Assembly: GCA_039208735.1 (NCBI GenBank)
Contig: JBCCQY010000004.1
Coordinates: forward strand, 32,001 to 96,000
DNA length: 64,000 bases
Reading direction: 5' to 3'
Origin: Myxococcota bacterium
GTDB lineage: Bacteria > Myxococcota_A > UBA796 > GCA-2862545
The translations under genes and the position numbers were made by a program. The notes beneath the pieces were generated by a model. That model was not told the DNA's origin, ran no database searches, and was given only the letters and a program-made list of their open reading frames with translations. This document shows, piece by piece, positions 47,518 to 59,400 of the stretch; the stretch's first letter is position 1; each line of letters starts with the position of its first letter.

Positions 47518-49203
47518 CTATGCGCCGTAGAGGGTTCGATAGGGGCCATCCACCTCGATGAGCGCTTGGTGAGACCCGCGTTGGACGACCCGTCCTCCTT
47601 CGAGGACCACGATTTCATCGGCCTTGGACAGCGTTCCCACTCGGTGGCTCACGAGCAGCGCGCCCACGTGGGGGGCTTCGGTCTCGAGCGCGTCCCAGAA
47701 CGCGGCCTCGACTTCGGCGTCAAGAGCGCTGGTGGCGTCGTCGAGCAGCAGCACCTGGGGTTGTCCGACCAATGCACGCGCAATGGCAACACGCTGACGT
47801 TGGCCCCCGGACAACGACGAGCCGCGCTCTCCGACCCACGTGTCGAGGCCCTGGGCGAGCTGCGGAAGGTCACGGTCGACCTGGGCGATGCGCAGCGCGC
47901 GGTCGAGCACAGCGTCGGAGACCTCACGGCCCAGCAAGATGTTCTCGCGGACGGTGGCCGAGAGCAGCACGGGCACCTGTGGGACTACCGCGGCATCGGC
48001 CACGGCGACCGTTCCATGAGCGGGAGCGCGAAGCCCCGACAACGCCTCCATCACGAGCGTTTTGCCGGCGCCGACGGTGCCCACGAGGCCCACCCGCCGG
48101 CCGGGGATGACGTCGAGATCAACATCTTCGATGAGAGGAGCGCCCTTGGGGCTCACCAGTCGCAGACCGCTCGCGAGGGCTCCCGCTCCGTCCTTGCGGT
48201 TCACCGACGGAGCTGCGATAGGCAACGCGACGACCTCGTCGAGTCGGCGCAGGGCGACGGCGGCTTGCGGAAGCTTCGAGGCCAGGGTGCCCAAGTCGAA
48301 CATCGGCCAAACCATGACCGCGAGCAGGCCCTCGAAGGTGAGGTAGCGCCCCAACGTGAGGTCGCCTTCCAGCACTCGCAGGCCCCCAAACCACAGCAGG
48401 GCGACCATCGCGACCTGCCAACCGTACTGGTAGAGCCGCTCGATGCCCTGCTGGAGGATGGCGACGCGCACTTCAGCATCGCGTTGCTCCCGGGTGGACG
48501 CGACGAAGCGACGGCGGGCGAGGTCTGACAGGCCACAGGCCTGCACCACGCGAATGCTTGAAAACGTGGTCGTCAGCTGGTCGGAGACCTGGGCAATGGC
48601 GCGCTGGACGCGCTGGTGCCGTCGTGCAAGGGCCGACTGAAACCCCGCTTGGGCCAACAGCAAGAACGGCAAAGGTCCCACGACCCAGATCGCAAGCCCT
48701 GGCTCGGTCGTCACCATCAACGTGAAGCAGCAGAGCACGACCAGAAAGGACTCCCAGGCGCGGAACACCCCCGAACAGAGGAACCAGCTGATTTTGTCCC
48801 CCGCATCGTCGTGCAGCCGAGAGACAAGTTCGCCCGTGCGCCACCTGCGCAACGCATCGGGGTCGGCCTTTGCGACCGCGTCGATGACCGTGTTGCGAGC
48901 GTGCCCTGACACGACCGCATTCCCGAATCCACGCGCGCCTTGCAGCAGGGTGTAGGCCAACGCGTGGCCCAGGCCCGCGAGCAGCATCCAGATCGCGAGT
49001 TCACGCAGTCGGACAGGCTGTGCTCCCGCATCGAGGGCATCGATGACGTACTGCCAGAGCCAGGGGAATGCGACGAGGAGAATCGCGGTGGGGAACGAGC
49101 CCAGCACGATGCCGGCGAGCATTCGTGGGTGGTCACGCCAGATCTGCGCAGACCACCGACGGACCACCGCCACGTCGTTGAAGAAGGACTGCACTGCGGT
49201 CAT
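47518..49203 (-). CDS. ABC exporter, fused TMD-NBD (MdlA-like)
   Basis: GTVGAGKT, LSGGQRQR, LLDDATSALD and SHR. Confidence 0.92.
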   Translation of the reverse strand: MTAVQSFFNDVAVVRRWSAQIWRDHPRMLAGIVLGSFPTAILLVAFPWLWQYVIDALDAGAQPVRLRELAIWMLLAGLGHALAYTLLQGARGFGNAVVSGHARNTVIDAVAKADPDALRRWRTGELVSRLHDDAGDKISWFLCSGVFRAWESFLVVLCCFTLMVTTEPGLAIWVVGPLPFLLLAQAGFQSALARRHQRVQRAIAQVSDQLTTTFSSIRVVQACGLSDLARRRFVASTREQRDAEVRVAILQQGIERLYQYGWQVAMVALLWFGGLRVLEGDLTLGRYLTFEGLLAVMVWPMFDLGTLASKLPQAAVALRRLDEVVALPIAAPSVNRKDGAGALASGLRLVSPKGAPLIEDVDLDVIPGRRVGLVGTVGAGKTLVMEALSGLRAPAHGTVAVADAAVVPQVPVLLSATVRENILLGREVSDAVLDRALRIAQVDRDLPQLAQGLDTWVGERGSSLSGGQRQRVAIARALVGQPQVLLLDDATSALDAEVEAAFWDALETEAPHVGALLVSHRVGTLSKADEIVVLEGGRVVQRGSHQALIEVDGPYRTLYGA

Positions 49204-50882
49204 GCGGCCGCCTGGGTGCGCACGAGGTCCGCGTAGATGCCGCCAAGCGCGATCAATTCGTCATGCGTCCCCGATTCGCAAATGCGTCCTGCCCCGAGGA
49301 CCACGATGCGGTCGCAGTGTCGGACGGTGTCGAGGCGGTGGGCGACGATCACCGCGGTTCGCCCTTCAAGAAGGCGTTCGAGGGCGGCTTGGACACGGGT
49401 TTCCGAGACCGGGTCGATGGCCGAGGTGGCTTCGTCGAGCACCAGCAGGTCGGGACTGCGCACCCAGGCCCGGGCAAAGGTGAGGAGTTGCCGTTCCCCG
49501 TGTGACAACCGCCCCTCGTCGACGGAATCGTGAAGGGCAAGGGGCACGCCGAGGGAATCGAGGGCGGCGGTTGCGGCTTCGGGGGGGCCGCCAAGGTTTT
49601 CGTGGACGGTGCCGGGCATCAGTCGCACGTCTTGAAGCACGAGGCCGATGCGGTCGCGCAGATCGGCCAGAGCGAGGTCGCGAAGGTCGATGCCATCGAA
49701 GGTGACGCGGCCTGCGGTGGGGTCGCGAAACCGCAGCAGCAGGTCGAGGACGGTGCTCTTGCCGGCTCCCGTGGGGCCGACGATACCCAGCCGGCTCCCC
49801 GCCGGAATCTCAAGGTCGAACCCCTCGAGGACCGAAGTGCCTTCGACGTAGTGAAACCCAACGTCCTCAAAACGGATGGCCTGGCGGAGTCCGGGCCACG
49901 GCTTGGGATGGGGAGGGTCGGCGATCGTTCGGGGTTCTCGCAGGAGTTCGTCGATGCGCACGGCAGCGGCCCGCGCTTGTTCGAGCGTCGCGAGCTGTTG
50001 GGACAGGCGCATCAGTGGGTGGAACATTTGGCGGAGAAACCCGATCGCCATGGCCAGGGCGCCGACGGTGACCTGGCCCGCGGCGACCAAGGTCGCGCCC
50101 CAGGCCAAGATGGTGACGATGCCGAGCGAGCGAACGAGTCGGGCCGAATTGAAGAACCACACCGGCTGAAATCGCGACCACCCATCGGCGCGCCGTGCAG
50201 CGGCGATCGCTTCAGCGGCGCGTTCGCGGGCCCAAGCCTGTCGTCTAAGGGCGCGCAAGGCGGGCATGGCGATGACGCTTTCGGCCAGGATGCCGGTGAG
50301 CCGTGACACCAGACGGCGGTGGGCGAGGAACGCGGGGGCGGCCACGCGTCGAAAGAGGATGAGAAGCGTCCCAAACACCAGCAAGATGGCCACGACCGGC
50401 CATCCCAACCGACCGGCTTCAGCAAACACGATCGTCACCATCGCGACGACCTGAAGCATGTCGGCGGGAATTGCGAACACGACCTCGACGAGCAACACAC
50501 GCAAGGCTTGGACATCGCCTTGCACCCGTCCCACCAACGAGCCGCTCGCGACGCGGTCGTGAAGCTGTGCGTCGTGGTTCAGCAGGTGGTCGAAGAGCTG
50601 TTCTTTGAGGTCCTGCAGGGCATCTTGGGCCGCGATCTCGAGGACGACCCGCGAGGCCCAGGTGGCAAGCCCCGCCCCGCAGACGGCGAACAAAAACCAC
50701 AGCGCTCGATTGGCCAGGCCGTCTCGGTCTCCGTTCGCGAGGTCGACATCGATGGCCTGGGCAACGAGCCAGGGTCCGGCGAGGGCGAGCAACGCGGCAC
50801 ATGTCGATCCGACGAGCCCAGCCACGAGCATCGGCGCGCGCGGTCGCAGCACCGGCCCGAGGCGCATCAGCGGGGCCGCCAT
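49200..50882 (-). CDS. ABC exporter, fused TMD-NBD (MdlB-like)
   Basis: GPTGAGKST, LSHGERQLL, LDEATSAID and AHRL. ATG at 50882 with RBS GGAGG. Confidence 0.92.
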   Translation of the reverse strand: MAAPLMRLGPVLRPRAPMLVAGLVGSTCAALLALAGPWLVAQAIDVDLANGDRDGLANRALWFLFAVCGAGLATWASRVVLEIAAQDALQDLKEQLFDHLLNHDAQLHDRVASGSLVGRVQGDVQALRVLLVEVVFAIPADMLQVVAMVTIVFAEAGRLGWPVVAILLVFGTLLILFRRVAAPAFLAHRRLVSRLTGILAESVIAMPALRALRRQAWARERAAEAIAAARRADGWSRFQPVWFFNSARLVRSLGIVTILAWGATLVAAGQVTVGALAMAIGFLRQMFHPLMRLSQQLATLEQARAAAVRIDELLREPRTIADPPHPKPWPGLRQAIRFEDVGFHYVEGTSVLEGFDLEIPAGSRLGIVGPTGAGKSTVLDLLLRFRDPTAGRVTFDGIDLRDLALADLRDRIGLVLQDVRLMPGTVHENLGGPPEAATAALDSLGVPLALHDSVDEGRLSHGERQLLTFARAWVRSPDLLVLDEATSAIDPVSETRVQAALERLLEGRTAVIVAHRLDTVRHCDRIVVLGAGRICESGTHDELIALGGIYADLVRTQAAA

Positions 50883-50935
50883 CACCACCTCCCGCGGAGG
50901 CGATATCACGGCCGAACGCATCCTACGGGCCTCGC

Positions 50936-51475
50936 TCAACCATAGTTGACCGAACGCAATAGCCGTTCGTCGCCGGTCGACGCGACGCCCTCGAAGACCG
51001 GATCGACCTCGCTCCATACCCTCCAGAAGTCCTGGTCGGAGTGGTCGGCGAGGAGCCGCGCAGTGCGTTCTTCGAGGCCCGCGACCCGTTTGCCCTTCCA
51101 CAACTTGTCGGCGAGAGCCACCAGGATCGGTTCGAGTTCCTTCTGCTCGGTCCACGCAGCGTGCAGCCATGCATGTCGGGCGAACCGTTCGGGCACTCCA
51201 TTCTCGAGTAGAAGCCGGTGACCATCGTGCTCGTGCTCGCAACCGCCGCCGTGCATCTCCGCCGGGTGCAGCGTCTTGCCAACATCGTGGAGGGACGCTC
51301 CGACAAGGACCTCGGTCCGGTCGAAGCGACCAAGCCCAACGGCTGACAGACCGTCGCAAAGCTCCGTCGCGGCTTCTACGACGAGCCGGTGGTGTTGCAC
51401 CAAGTGAGGGACCGCACCGAGTTCAACCAGGAGCGCAAGGGCTTCTTCGACAGACGCAAGGTCACGCTGTGGCAT
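50936..51475 (-). CDS. HD domain-containing protein
   Basis: H..LV, LHDVGK, HE..G and LADKLWKGKR. Confidence 0.88.
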   Translation of the reverse strand: MPQRDLASVEEALALLVELGAVPHLVQHHRLVVEAATELCDGLSAVGLGRFDRTEVLVGASLHDVGKTLHPAEMHGGGCEHEHDGHRLLLENGVPERFARHAWLHAAWTEQKELEPILVALADKLWKGKRVAGLEERTARLLADHSDQDFWRVWSEVDPVFEGVASTGDERLLRSVNYG

Positions 51476-51533
51476 TGGATGACTCCGGGGCCTCGTTGGC
51501 CATACTTGCTGATTCGTTGCTCATAGCTGTGAA

Positions 51534-52145
51534 CTACGCTGGACGAACCGCCGTCATCAGGAAGATCGGATAGGTCCGGTTGTTCTTGTCGAGCGCTCCG
51601 GCATCCGTGAATTCCACGTGGATGAATCCGGCTTCGGTCGCCAGTTCTCCCAACGCCGCCCGGTCGAACCCCGCATGGTACACCCCCTCCATGCCGGCGG
51701 GGTGGAAGGAACCGTCTTCGGCATCGAGGTCGGACAGTGCGATGCGCCCGCCAGGCACGAGATGGTCGAACAGGCTCTTCATCAAGGCACGGGTGTCGCG
51801 CACGTGGTGCATCGCCATGGCGCTGACGACAAGATCGACGCGCACCTCGAGCGGTTCAGAGAGGATGTCCTGGCAATGAGCTTGGACCTTGCCCCGTAAC
51901 TCGGCCTTCGTGGCGAGCTGGGCCAGCATCGCCTCCGAGACATCGACGGCGTGAAGCGTCGCGACCTCGTTGGCGATTCCACTGCCGATCAGACCGGTAC
52001 CCGCTCCGAAGTCCATCGCCGTTAGCTCGGGGCCGAGCGGCACAGTCCTTCGGATCGCGCCGATCACTTGCGTCGAGATTTGGACCTGGAGTGGCTGCTG
52101 GTCCCAGTCGGCGGCACGTTCTTCGAAGAGATCCCGTTCGGCCAT
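51534..52145 (-). CDS. Class I SAM-dependent methyltransferase
   Basis: F...A..WD, MDFGAGTGL, VDVSEAML, MAMHHV and DLDAEDGSFH; RBS GGAGGG. Confidence 0.92.
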   Translation of the reverse strand: MAERDLFEERAADWDQQPLQVQISTQVIGAIRRTVPLGPELTAMDFGAGTGLIGSGIANEVATLHAVDVSEAMLAQLATKAELRGKVQAHCQDILSEPLEVRVDLVVSAMAMHHVRDTRALMKSLFDHLVPGGRIALSDLDAEDGSFHPAGMEGVYHAGFDRAALGELATEAGFIHVEFTDAGALDKNNRTYPIFLMTAVRPA

Positions 52146-52343
52146 TGCGCCCTCCACTCGTACTGCCCGGTCCATACCCGATTGGCCAAGGAATGGTTTC
52201 TGGGCGGTGCTGCAGGCACGAAGGGATGAGAGAGTTGGCTTCGCACGTTCGAAGATGTAGCGACCCGCACATCCTGTCAGGTTGAAGGGGTGGATTCGGT
52301 GAATGCAATGAGTCGACGAAAAGCCAACTGTTTGGCCTATCCT

Positions 52344-52447
52344 TGCCACGACGGCTTCAAGGCTCCCACGACGGGAACAACGAGAAGTGGGACGGCTGCC
52401 GAGACGACTGTCAGCAGATTGGCGGGTGGACAATCGTCTGGAACTGA
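52344..52447 (+). pseudogene. Remnant of a myxobacterial cysteine-rich repeat
   Basis: CHDGFKAP, then in a shifted frame HDGNNEKWDGCRDDCQQIGGWT; resembles CGDG..CDDGN..DGC..C..GW. Confidence 0.5.
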
Positions 52448-52512
52448 GTCCTCTGCAGCGAAAGCAACAAAGTTGTTGAACGGTTGTAAGGCTGCTGACG
52501 CCATCGAGAGGC

Positions 52513-52761
52513 CTACTCGTCGATGGCGTTGACATCGATATGCAGATCCTCATCCTCGAGCCGGCGGAATCGATGGTAAGCGGCTTGTCTCACGACGAAT
52601 GCCCCCAGCAAAAGGGGAAGGGCGTGCGCCACGCTTTGCGTGAACTGGACGACCCCTCCCACCAATAGAAGCCATGACAGTCCGTGCAGCAAATAGCCCG
52701 AGCGATGACGCTGCTTCTGTCGCGCGTCCTGTTCATCAGGGTTCAAATCAAATCCACTCAT
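52513..52761 (-). CDS. Small two-TM hypothetical protein
   Basis: 82 aa with two hydrophobic segments; GAGGA upstream of the ATG. Confidence 0.55.
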   Translation of the reverse strand: MSGFDLNPDEQDARQKQRHRSGYLLHGLSWLLLVGGVVQFTQSVAHALPLLLGAFVVRQAAYHRFRRLEDEDLHIDVNAIDE

Positions 52762-52851
52762 GACGAAATCCTCTGCATGGAACGATTCAGTGCTTCAACC
52801 GTAGACCGGGGTGTCCCCCATCGCATCATCGAAAGGCGAGCCTACTGGTAG

Positions 52852-52924
52852 GAGCCCAGTGCAGCAGTACCGCTCGCTGGGATTTGCGCGGGGGGCGGCC
52901 CGTAAGGGCCGTTCCTGCCGCTAC
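52852..52924 (+). mobile_element. Group II intron 3' remnant (domains V and VI)
   Basis: GAGCCCAGTGC..CGCTCGCTGGGATT (domain V with AGC triad), then TGCGCGGGGGGCGGCCCGTAAGGGCCGTTCCTGCCGCTAC (domain VI hairpin ending in AC). No RT ORF nearby. Confidence 0.8.
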
Positions 52925-53168
52925 CACCCCGCCGAGGGCTTTCTCCATCATTGACCAACCTGGCCGGTTCCTGGGACACGATAGGGACATCGCTTATTGA
53001 GGACGTTCTCTAGGCAAAGTTTGCCTTCGTTCGCCTCTGACGCTGTCGGGGCACCTGGCGGTTCCTGTCGTGTCGAAACATGAACCGGAATCCAGGCCTG
53101 TATCCACGAGTCGGTCGTTCGGACTCGGGACGTCTGGTGTTGGAGGAAGCTTGCACTTGAACGTGCTG

Positions 53169-53423
53169 ATGGTGTGGAGCGGTTACCTTTGGGGGCTGCT
53201 CGGATGTGAGACATCGCCCGAGGGGCCTGTCGAGTTTACCCCTTGCATAAACGCAGCCTCTCTGATTTCAAAGGGTGGTGGCGCGATTACGATTATTGAG
53301 GGAGACCATTTTGCCGAGTTCGCTGCACCGGTAGCAATCATGATTGGAAGTCCAAGGCTTTCGGCTAGCTCCTGGCCGAAAAGCGTCTTGACTGCAGTGC
53401 ATCGGTTCACGGAGGCAACATGA
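53169..53423 (+). CDS. Possible small lipoprotein or remnant preceding the Rhs gene
   Basis: MVWSGYLWGLLGC lipobox-like start; stop overlaps the Rhs ATG (ATGA). Confidence 0.35.
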   Translation: MVWSGYLWGLLGCETSPEGPVEFTPCINAASLISKGGGAITIIEGDHFAEFAAPVAIMIGSPRLSASSWPKSVLTAVHRFTEAT

Positions 53424-56400
53424 CGGGACGCGTCCTACTGTTGGCCTGGGTTGCTGCATGTCATACGCCATCGTCCAAGCCGAATGGCCCCGAGTCGCTC
53501 GACACAGGCTCTATGGATGAAGCTCGCACCCATGCCCTGGCTGGGCCTGTAGACCCCACAGGAGCGTTGCCCGCTCTTACAGGTAGCCTCGACTCGGAGG
53601 ATACCGGCGGTGGGTGTACGACGTTGTTGGAGGCGGGATGGACCGAGGATGTTTTCTCGGGAACGTTCGTTGCCGACCAGGATGGATTGTATCGCTTCCA
53701 GGTAGAGCGCTCCGATGTGCTTCTCACGCTCATGGATCGATGCGGCGGCGACGAGCTGGTGGAAGCGGAGACCGGCGAAGCCATCGAACTCCGTTTGCTC
53801 GCGGGTGAGCCCATCGTGGTTCGGACCAGCGAAACGACCGGTTTGTGGGTAGAGGCGGTCGAACATGCACCTCTCACGGTTCCGGAGGTGACGGAGCGGG
53901 TTGAGCGAATCTCGACGGGGGGGCGAACCTGCGTCACTCCGGAAACCGTGGTTTCCGAACTCTCATGGACGCTGCGCGGTGATGCCGGTGACCAAAACCT
54001 CCTCGGGATGACCTCCGCGTGCTCCGGTGAGGTGGTGGACGCGATTGTCTTCGACGCTCCACGTGCCGGAGAGTACGTCTTCGACACCGCGGGGACGGAG
54101 TTCCCCAGTGGCGTCAGCGCACACCCCGATGCCTGCACGGATGAACTCGCCTGTTCGGAATGGGGTTTTGGTGCCGAGGCGGATGACGGATCTCTGCAAC
54201 TGAGCCTCGACAAAGGCCAGCGCATTGTTTTGGCCATCCACCGACAGGACCAACCTAGTGCACGGGATGGCGACGGATATCTCCTCAACATCGACCTTCT
54301 GGCTGACCGTGAACAGGATTGCCTGTTGCATCGTGACGCCGATGGAGATGGCGACATTGGCTGCCAGGACTTTGACTGTACGGCGGAACCGCAGTGCGCG
54401 GCGGAGCGGTCGTATGCGGAGAGCGCAGACCCAAGCTGTTTGGGGTCCGCCGCCTGCCGGAAGGATTGGAGTGCCGCCCGTCGTGGTCGAGTCGCGGCTC
54501 GAGAGCTTGCCGACCTCGGTCGGATTCAAGACAAACGGCGAAAGGCGGGGGTGGAGAGGAAAACGCAGGTCAGTCAGCAAACTCCGCCGAATTCACCCGA
54601 AGGCGATCCCCCCACTCCTCCGACACCGAATGGGTCGCACACCTACGCCAAGGTGTTGAGTTGGGCAGGCCCAGACCGGGCGGCTCCTGAACCCGAGTGG
54701 GTCATTGATGATTACGCCGCAATGTATATGGGTGGCTACCCCATTTCCATGGCGTTTGAGTTTCCGCCTGCCCCAAACGACCTTTCCCCATCGGTCACGG
54801 TGAACCACAACCATCGATCGGGTTCCAGGGAAGTTGGACAGGCCTTTTCCCTCACGGTTCCGGGACCGGTGCTTCGGACGTCGGAGGATGGCCAACCTGC
54901 CAACCATACTGCTACGGACCGCTATACCTTTGACGGTGTCGAGTTTGTGCCAACCTCGCGGGGGTATGAGCCCCGACGTCGGGACGGAAGGGTTGCCGTC
55001 CACGACACGCAGGACAACAGCTGGGTCCTATACTATCCATCGGGAACCCAAACGATCTACGGCACGATGTCGGTCGGCGGGCCGACCCGTGGTGCGAAGG
55101 TGTCCCTCTACGAGCACGGTGGTCGCGTCCAGCCCGACAACGGAATCTATCCGACCGACGCAGCCATGGACGATAGCTTTGATGATTGCGACCGGTATGA
55201 TGGTGAACTTTGCAATACCGTCGCCTGGTATCCTGCGGTTACGCTGGATCCATTCGGAAACGCCATTCAGTATTACTGGCGGAAAGCGGCGTTGCCGAAT
55301 TCTACTCCGTCAACGGACGCCTATTGGTGGAGTGACTCACGGACCCATGTGATCGACCACATCCAGTACGGTGAGAACCTCAGGGAACGGGTGCAATTCG
55401 AGTGGCAAACTCGAGACACGCAGCGGCTCAGCTTTTCCCTCGGTGTTCCGCAGTACCGGACCGAGCGGTTGCAGGCGATTGAGGCTACGAGTGATGGCGT
55501 CTTCTTCAGCCGCTACGAGTTTAGCTACACCGGCGATGATTACCTCGATCGGGTAGAGCAAACCGGGCCTGGAGGAAATCCTCGTCAACTGGTCCAGTCC
55601 TTTGAGTACAGTCCTTCTGAGCCGGTGACGTACGGAACGGCCCAGTCCTTCGGCGGGGCACCGTTCGACCTTGATCAATCCACGGACTTCGATTTTCAAA
55701 CCTGGAACGACGAAGAGCATTGGGCTGCCCTTCATGTCGTTGATCTCAACGGTGATGCACTCGATGATTTGATTGTCGAATGGCATGATCGCGCGGCCAC
55801 GAACGGCGCTGATCATTTTCAAGGCTATACGGGGACATATGGGGGCTTCTCCGCCTGGTCTGGAGATGCGGAATACAAACTCAACGAGCTGACTACCGGC
55901 CTCAAAGCCGATATCGACGGTGATGGTTGCGCAGACACCATCGATGTTGAAACCAACACCTGGACGAATTGCGAAAACGAGGATCACCCCCTCGGGTTTG
56001 ATGACATTCTGTGGTCCGATTGGGAAACTGAGACCGGCTTTACGTACGCAGCAACAGGTGAATTCGCACATCGCCCTTGGCATCTCGTGGATGTGAATAG
56101 CGATGGCCTGGCCGATTTGGTGCTGAATACGTTTATGCGTTGGGAAGAGGCCACGACCTGCGAAAATCTAACGGCATGCGACCGTTGGCTACCCCGAAGC
56201 CATGATCCACAAGGTGGGGACCCCTCTGCCCTAACGAATGCAATTGTGTCGAGGATCTATTGGGGTGATGGCTATGGCGGGTTTGTGGACTCTGGCCTGG
56301 AGGCGGGGGGCCCCCCGTTGTTGATGGAGGCTCCGCGCCCGGCCAACGATGCCACCGTGGAACGCGATCGGACCCTCTATAGCTTCTGGTCATTGATCCC

Positions 56401-59400
56401 CCTCAACCGTCGCTTTCGGCACCTGGTCGCCTCTCGCGCGCCCTCGCCCGGCGGCGGCTCGTTCGACCTTGGATTTAGCCAATACGAGGGAGAGTTCAGC
56501 GGATTTGCGCTGTCGCCTTACCAGGTCACCCTTACCGAAGCGATGGGCGATGGGATTGCTGATGTGCAACATACCCACGACTACCAAGCGCCCTCTCAGG
56601 TTCTCGGGATAGACCGAACTCATCAAGGAGACAGCTGCCACGAAGAAGGGAAGCTGGTGGCGTTTGGCGACTTCGATGGGGATGGTTTCGCCGATCTGGT
56701 CCAGCTGGACACGACGGCACGAGGGGTTCCTGATTTATCGGTGCGCCACAGCGAACTCACGAAGGTGCCTGGGCGCCTTAGCAAGATCACCTACCCGAAC
56801 GGGGGCACGGTCGACCTGACATGGGGCTTCTCAGCTAGTCCCACGCACAGCAATCCCGACCTCCGACAGAATCTCGAAGTCCTTGAGAGTGTGACGGGAC
56901 CCAAAGGCACCGTCGAGCTTCGCTATGGGAAAGGCTACACGGGTCCTGACGGCTTCGGAGGATTCGGTGTCGTCGAGGTCAAGCAGCGCGGCATTCTGGA
57001 GCGATTTGGCTACTTCACGACGCCCGCGTTGGCAGGCCAGTCCTTGTTTCGAGCCCGTTACCGTTCGGATGGTAGCCTCGAACAAGCTGAAGTCAGTGTC
57101 TACGGAACTGAACCCGCCAATGGGCCTCGGTTTCTTTCCATCAACCACGATTCGGCAGGTGATGGAGAGTCCTTCTTCAATCCCTTGGTCCGGTTCTGTC
57201 AGTTCGAGAATGCAGATGAAACAAGGGATGTTGATGAACTGATGGAGTTCTGCTGGGGGATTGGGCTCGACAACGATTACCAGCCCTCGCGGTCCTCGAT
57301 CTATGCCGTGGCTGGGTTGTGGCCGGCACCCCCTGAAGCGGAGAATCCAAGTTCCACCGATCCTGCGGCGTTGGCAGCCGCGGCATGGGACCGACAGCGG
57401 GTAGACCTGAATCATCTCGAGCAGGAAGGGTTCGAGAACCGATTCGTCGTGGATGGAGATTCGAGCTGGCTTCCGACGGGACTAACCTTTGCAGATCTTG
57501 CGAATCCGGCTCCGGATGATGTGAGCTATGCCGCCCTGCGCTCCACGGAAAGCTACGAGAATCAGCGCCCGACCGAGGCAGCAAGCGATAATAGTACCAC
57601 CGCTTACGTCACGTCCTATAGCTACGATGCTGCAATTCAACGGCCCACATGGGAGTACCAGTACCGTGATTGGCTAACCGACGACGATGATGGAACTACC
57701 GAAACCATTTTCGGCGCGGTGGGGCACGCAGACTGGCCCTTCCTCTTTCGACTTGAGACAAAACGAAACTACTACGGCATCGGGCCAGTTGCGCCGCGAT
57801 CAAGCTCGAGCTGGTCTGGTTGGTCAGCCAATAGCGCCTTCAGCCGTCCGACGTTCGAAACCAACTGCGGAAAGGTCCCGGGAAGTTGCTCTCAGGTCAC
57901 CCGTTCCTTCGCTTCGAATGGTGAACCCACAGGCGAGACCCGCCACTATGCAGATACCCCAAGCCCCACGTACACCCGAACCTTCACAGATTGGTGTCGC
58001 GACCTGACCATCACCAACCCCGTTGGTGAACAGACAGTGGTGACGATGGACGGTCGGTGTCGGCCGACTCGGATGGTCGATGGTGCAGGTGAGACGGGCT
58101 TGGACTATCTCGACACCTTCGGGACAGATGTACGAGAAGAGAAGCTCTCCGGAGCGCCGTTGGAGCCGGGTATGCCAGCCGGGACGGTGCACATCCGGAC
58201 GACCTCATCGCCGAGTGAATCCCGGATCTTCAACGAAACGCTCGGAGTGTTGACCACGGAGCGTTTGGATGGCTACGGGCGGCCGATCGCCGTTGAGCGT
58301 TGCGCCAGTTCAAACGGGCACTCGTGCTCGGGGCCGATGACCTCCGCATACCGTGGTTACTCGACCGATGGCGACTTGGTGATCAGTGCCCCCCCTGCCT
58401 TCGCGGGCGAGCCGGTAGTCGCAACGCGTTCGACGTTCGACGGCGCAGGGCGTGAGATCATTCGGGACGATCCTGCAGCCAATGCAGACATGCCAATCGA
58501 GTATGTTCCCACCTATACGTACCATTGGCCCGGGCGAACCATTGACCGCGGAGTAGTGTCCGTATCGGACACCGTCGTTTCAAGGATCGAGTGGTCGACC
58601 ATGGGTTCCAGCACATGGGTTGAGAACGACCTAGTGCATCAGTCGATCGACAATGCGGATGGGCAGCCCATCGAGAAGACCGAGGACGGAATCACTGCCG
58701 TGTTCGGCTACGATGCATCCGGCTTGTTGTCTCGGAAGAGTATGGCCGATTCTGCAACCTCCGTCCGGCCAGATGACACGTTGGCTCCAATGCAATGGGA
58801 GCAACGGTTTGAGTACAATGACGCTGGGCAAGTAAAAGCCATAATTCAGCCGGACAATACGAGAGTTGCTTCACTGTACGATGCGATGGGACGCAATCTA
58901 GAGCAAGTCATTTATGACGACGTAGGTGTTCTCGTTGCCACATTGTCTTCAACGACCTACTCGAGAGACGCGGCGGGTCGCCAAGTTGAGTTCCATACCG
59001 ACATCTCCGGAGGATGGACGGAAACAACCTTCGATGGCCAGGGCCGTGTGATTCGGAAGAAGAATTCGCTGGACCATGTGACACTATTTCACGCGCCGGT
59101 TGCGGGTGGGAACGGTCGCGCAATCCACCGGACGATTCGCTTAGACGGTGCGCTTGAGCTTGAGGAAGAGCGTGTCCTCGACGCGTTTGGCAACGATGTC
59201 GAGGCGGCGGTCCCCGGTCAGGGGACGACGACTCGAACCTTCGATGGGCAAGGTCGTCTGCTCACGGAAGTCGATGCGGATGGAGCAAGGCTCGTCTGGA
59301 ACCCTGTTTACGCTCATAATGGTGAACTCCTCCAAGAGCAATTGGGAGATTGGGTTACCGCGCGACACGAGTATGACCTGAGTGGTCGTCTCACGCGGAG

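Noticed and set aside
52762..53420. Retron, DGR or intact group II intron
   Set aside because: There is no reverse transcriptase ORF or template/variable repeat pair in the window; only a domain V-VI remnant.
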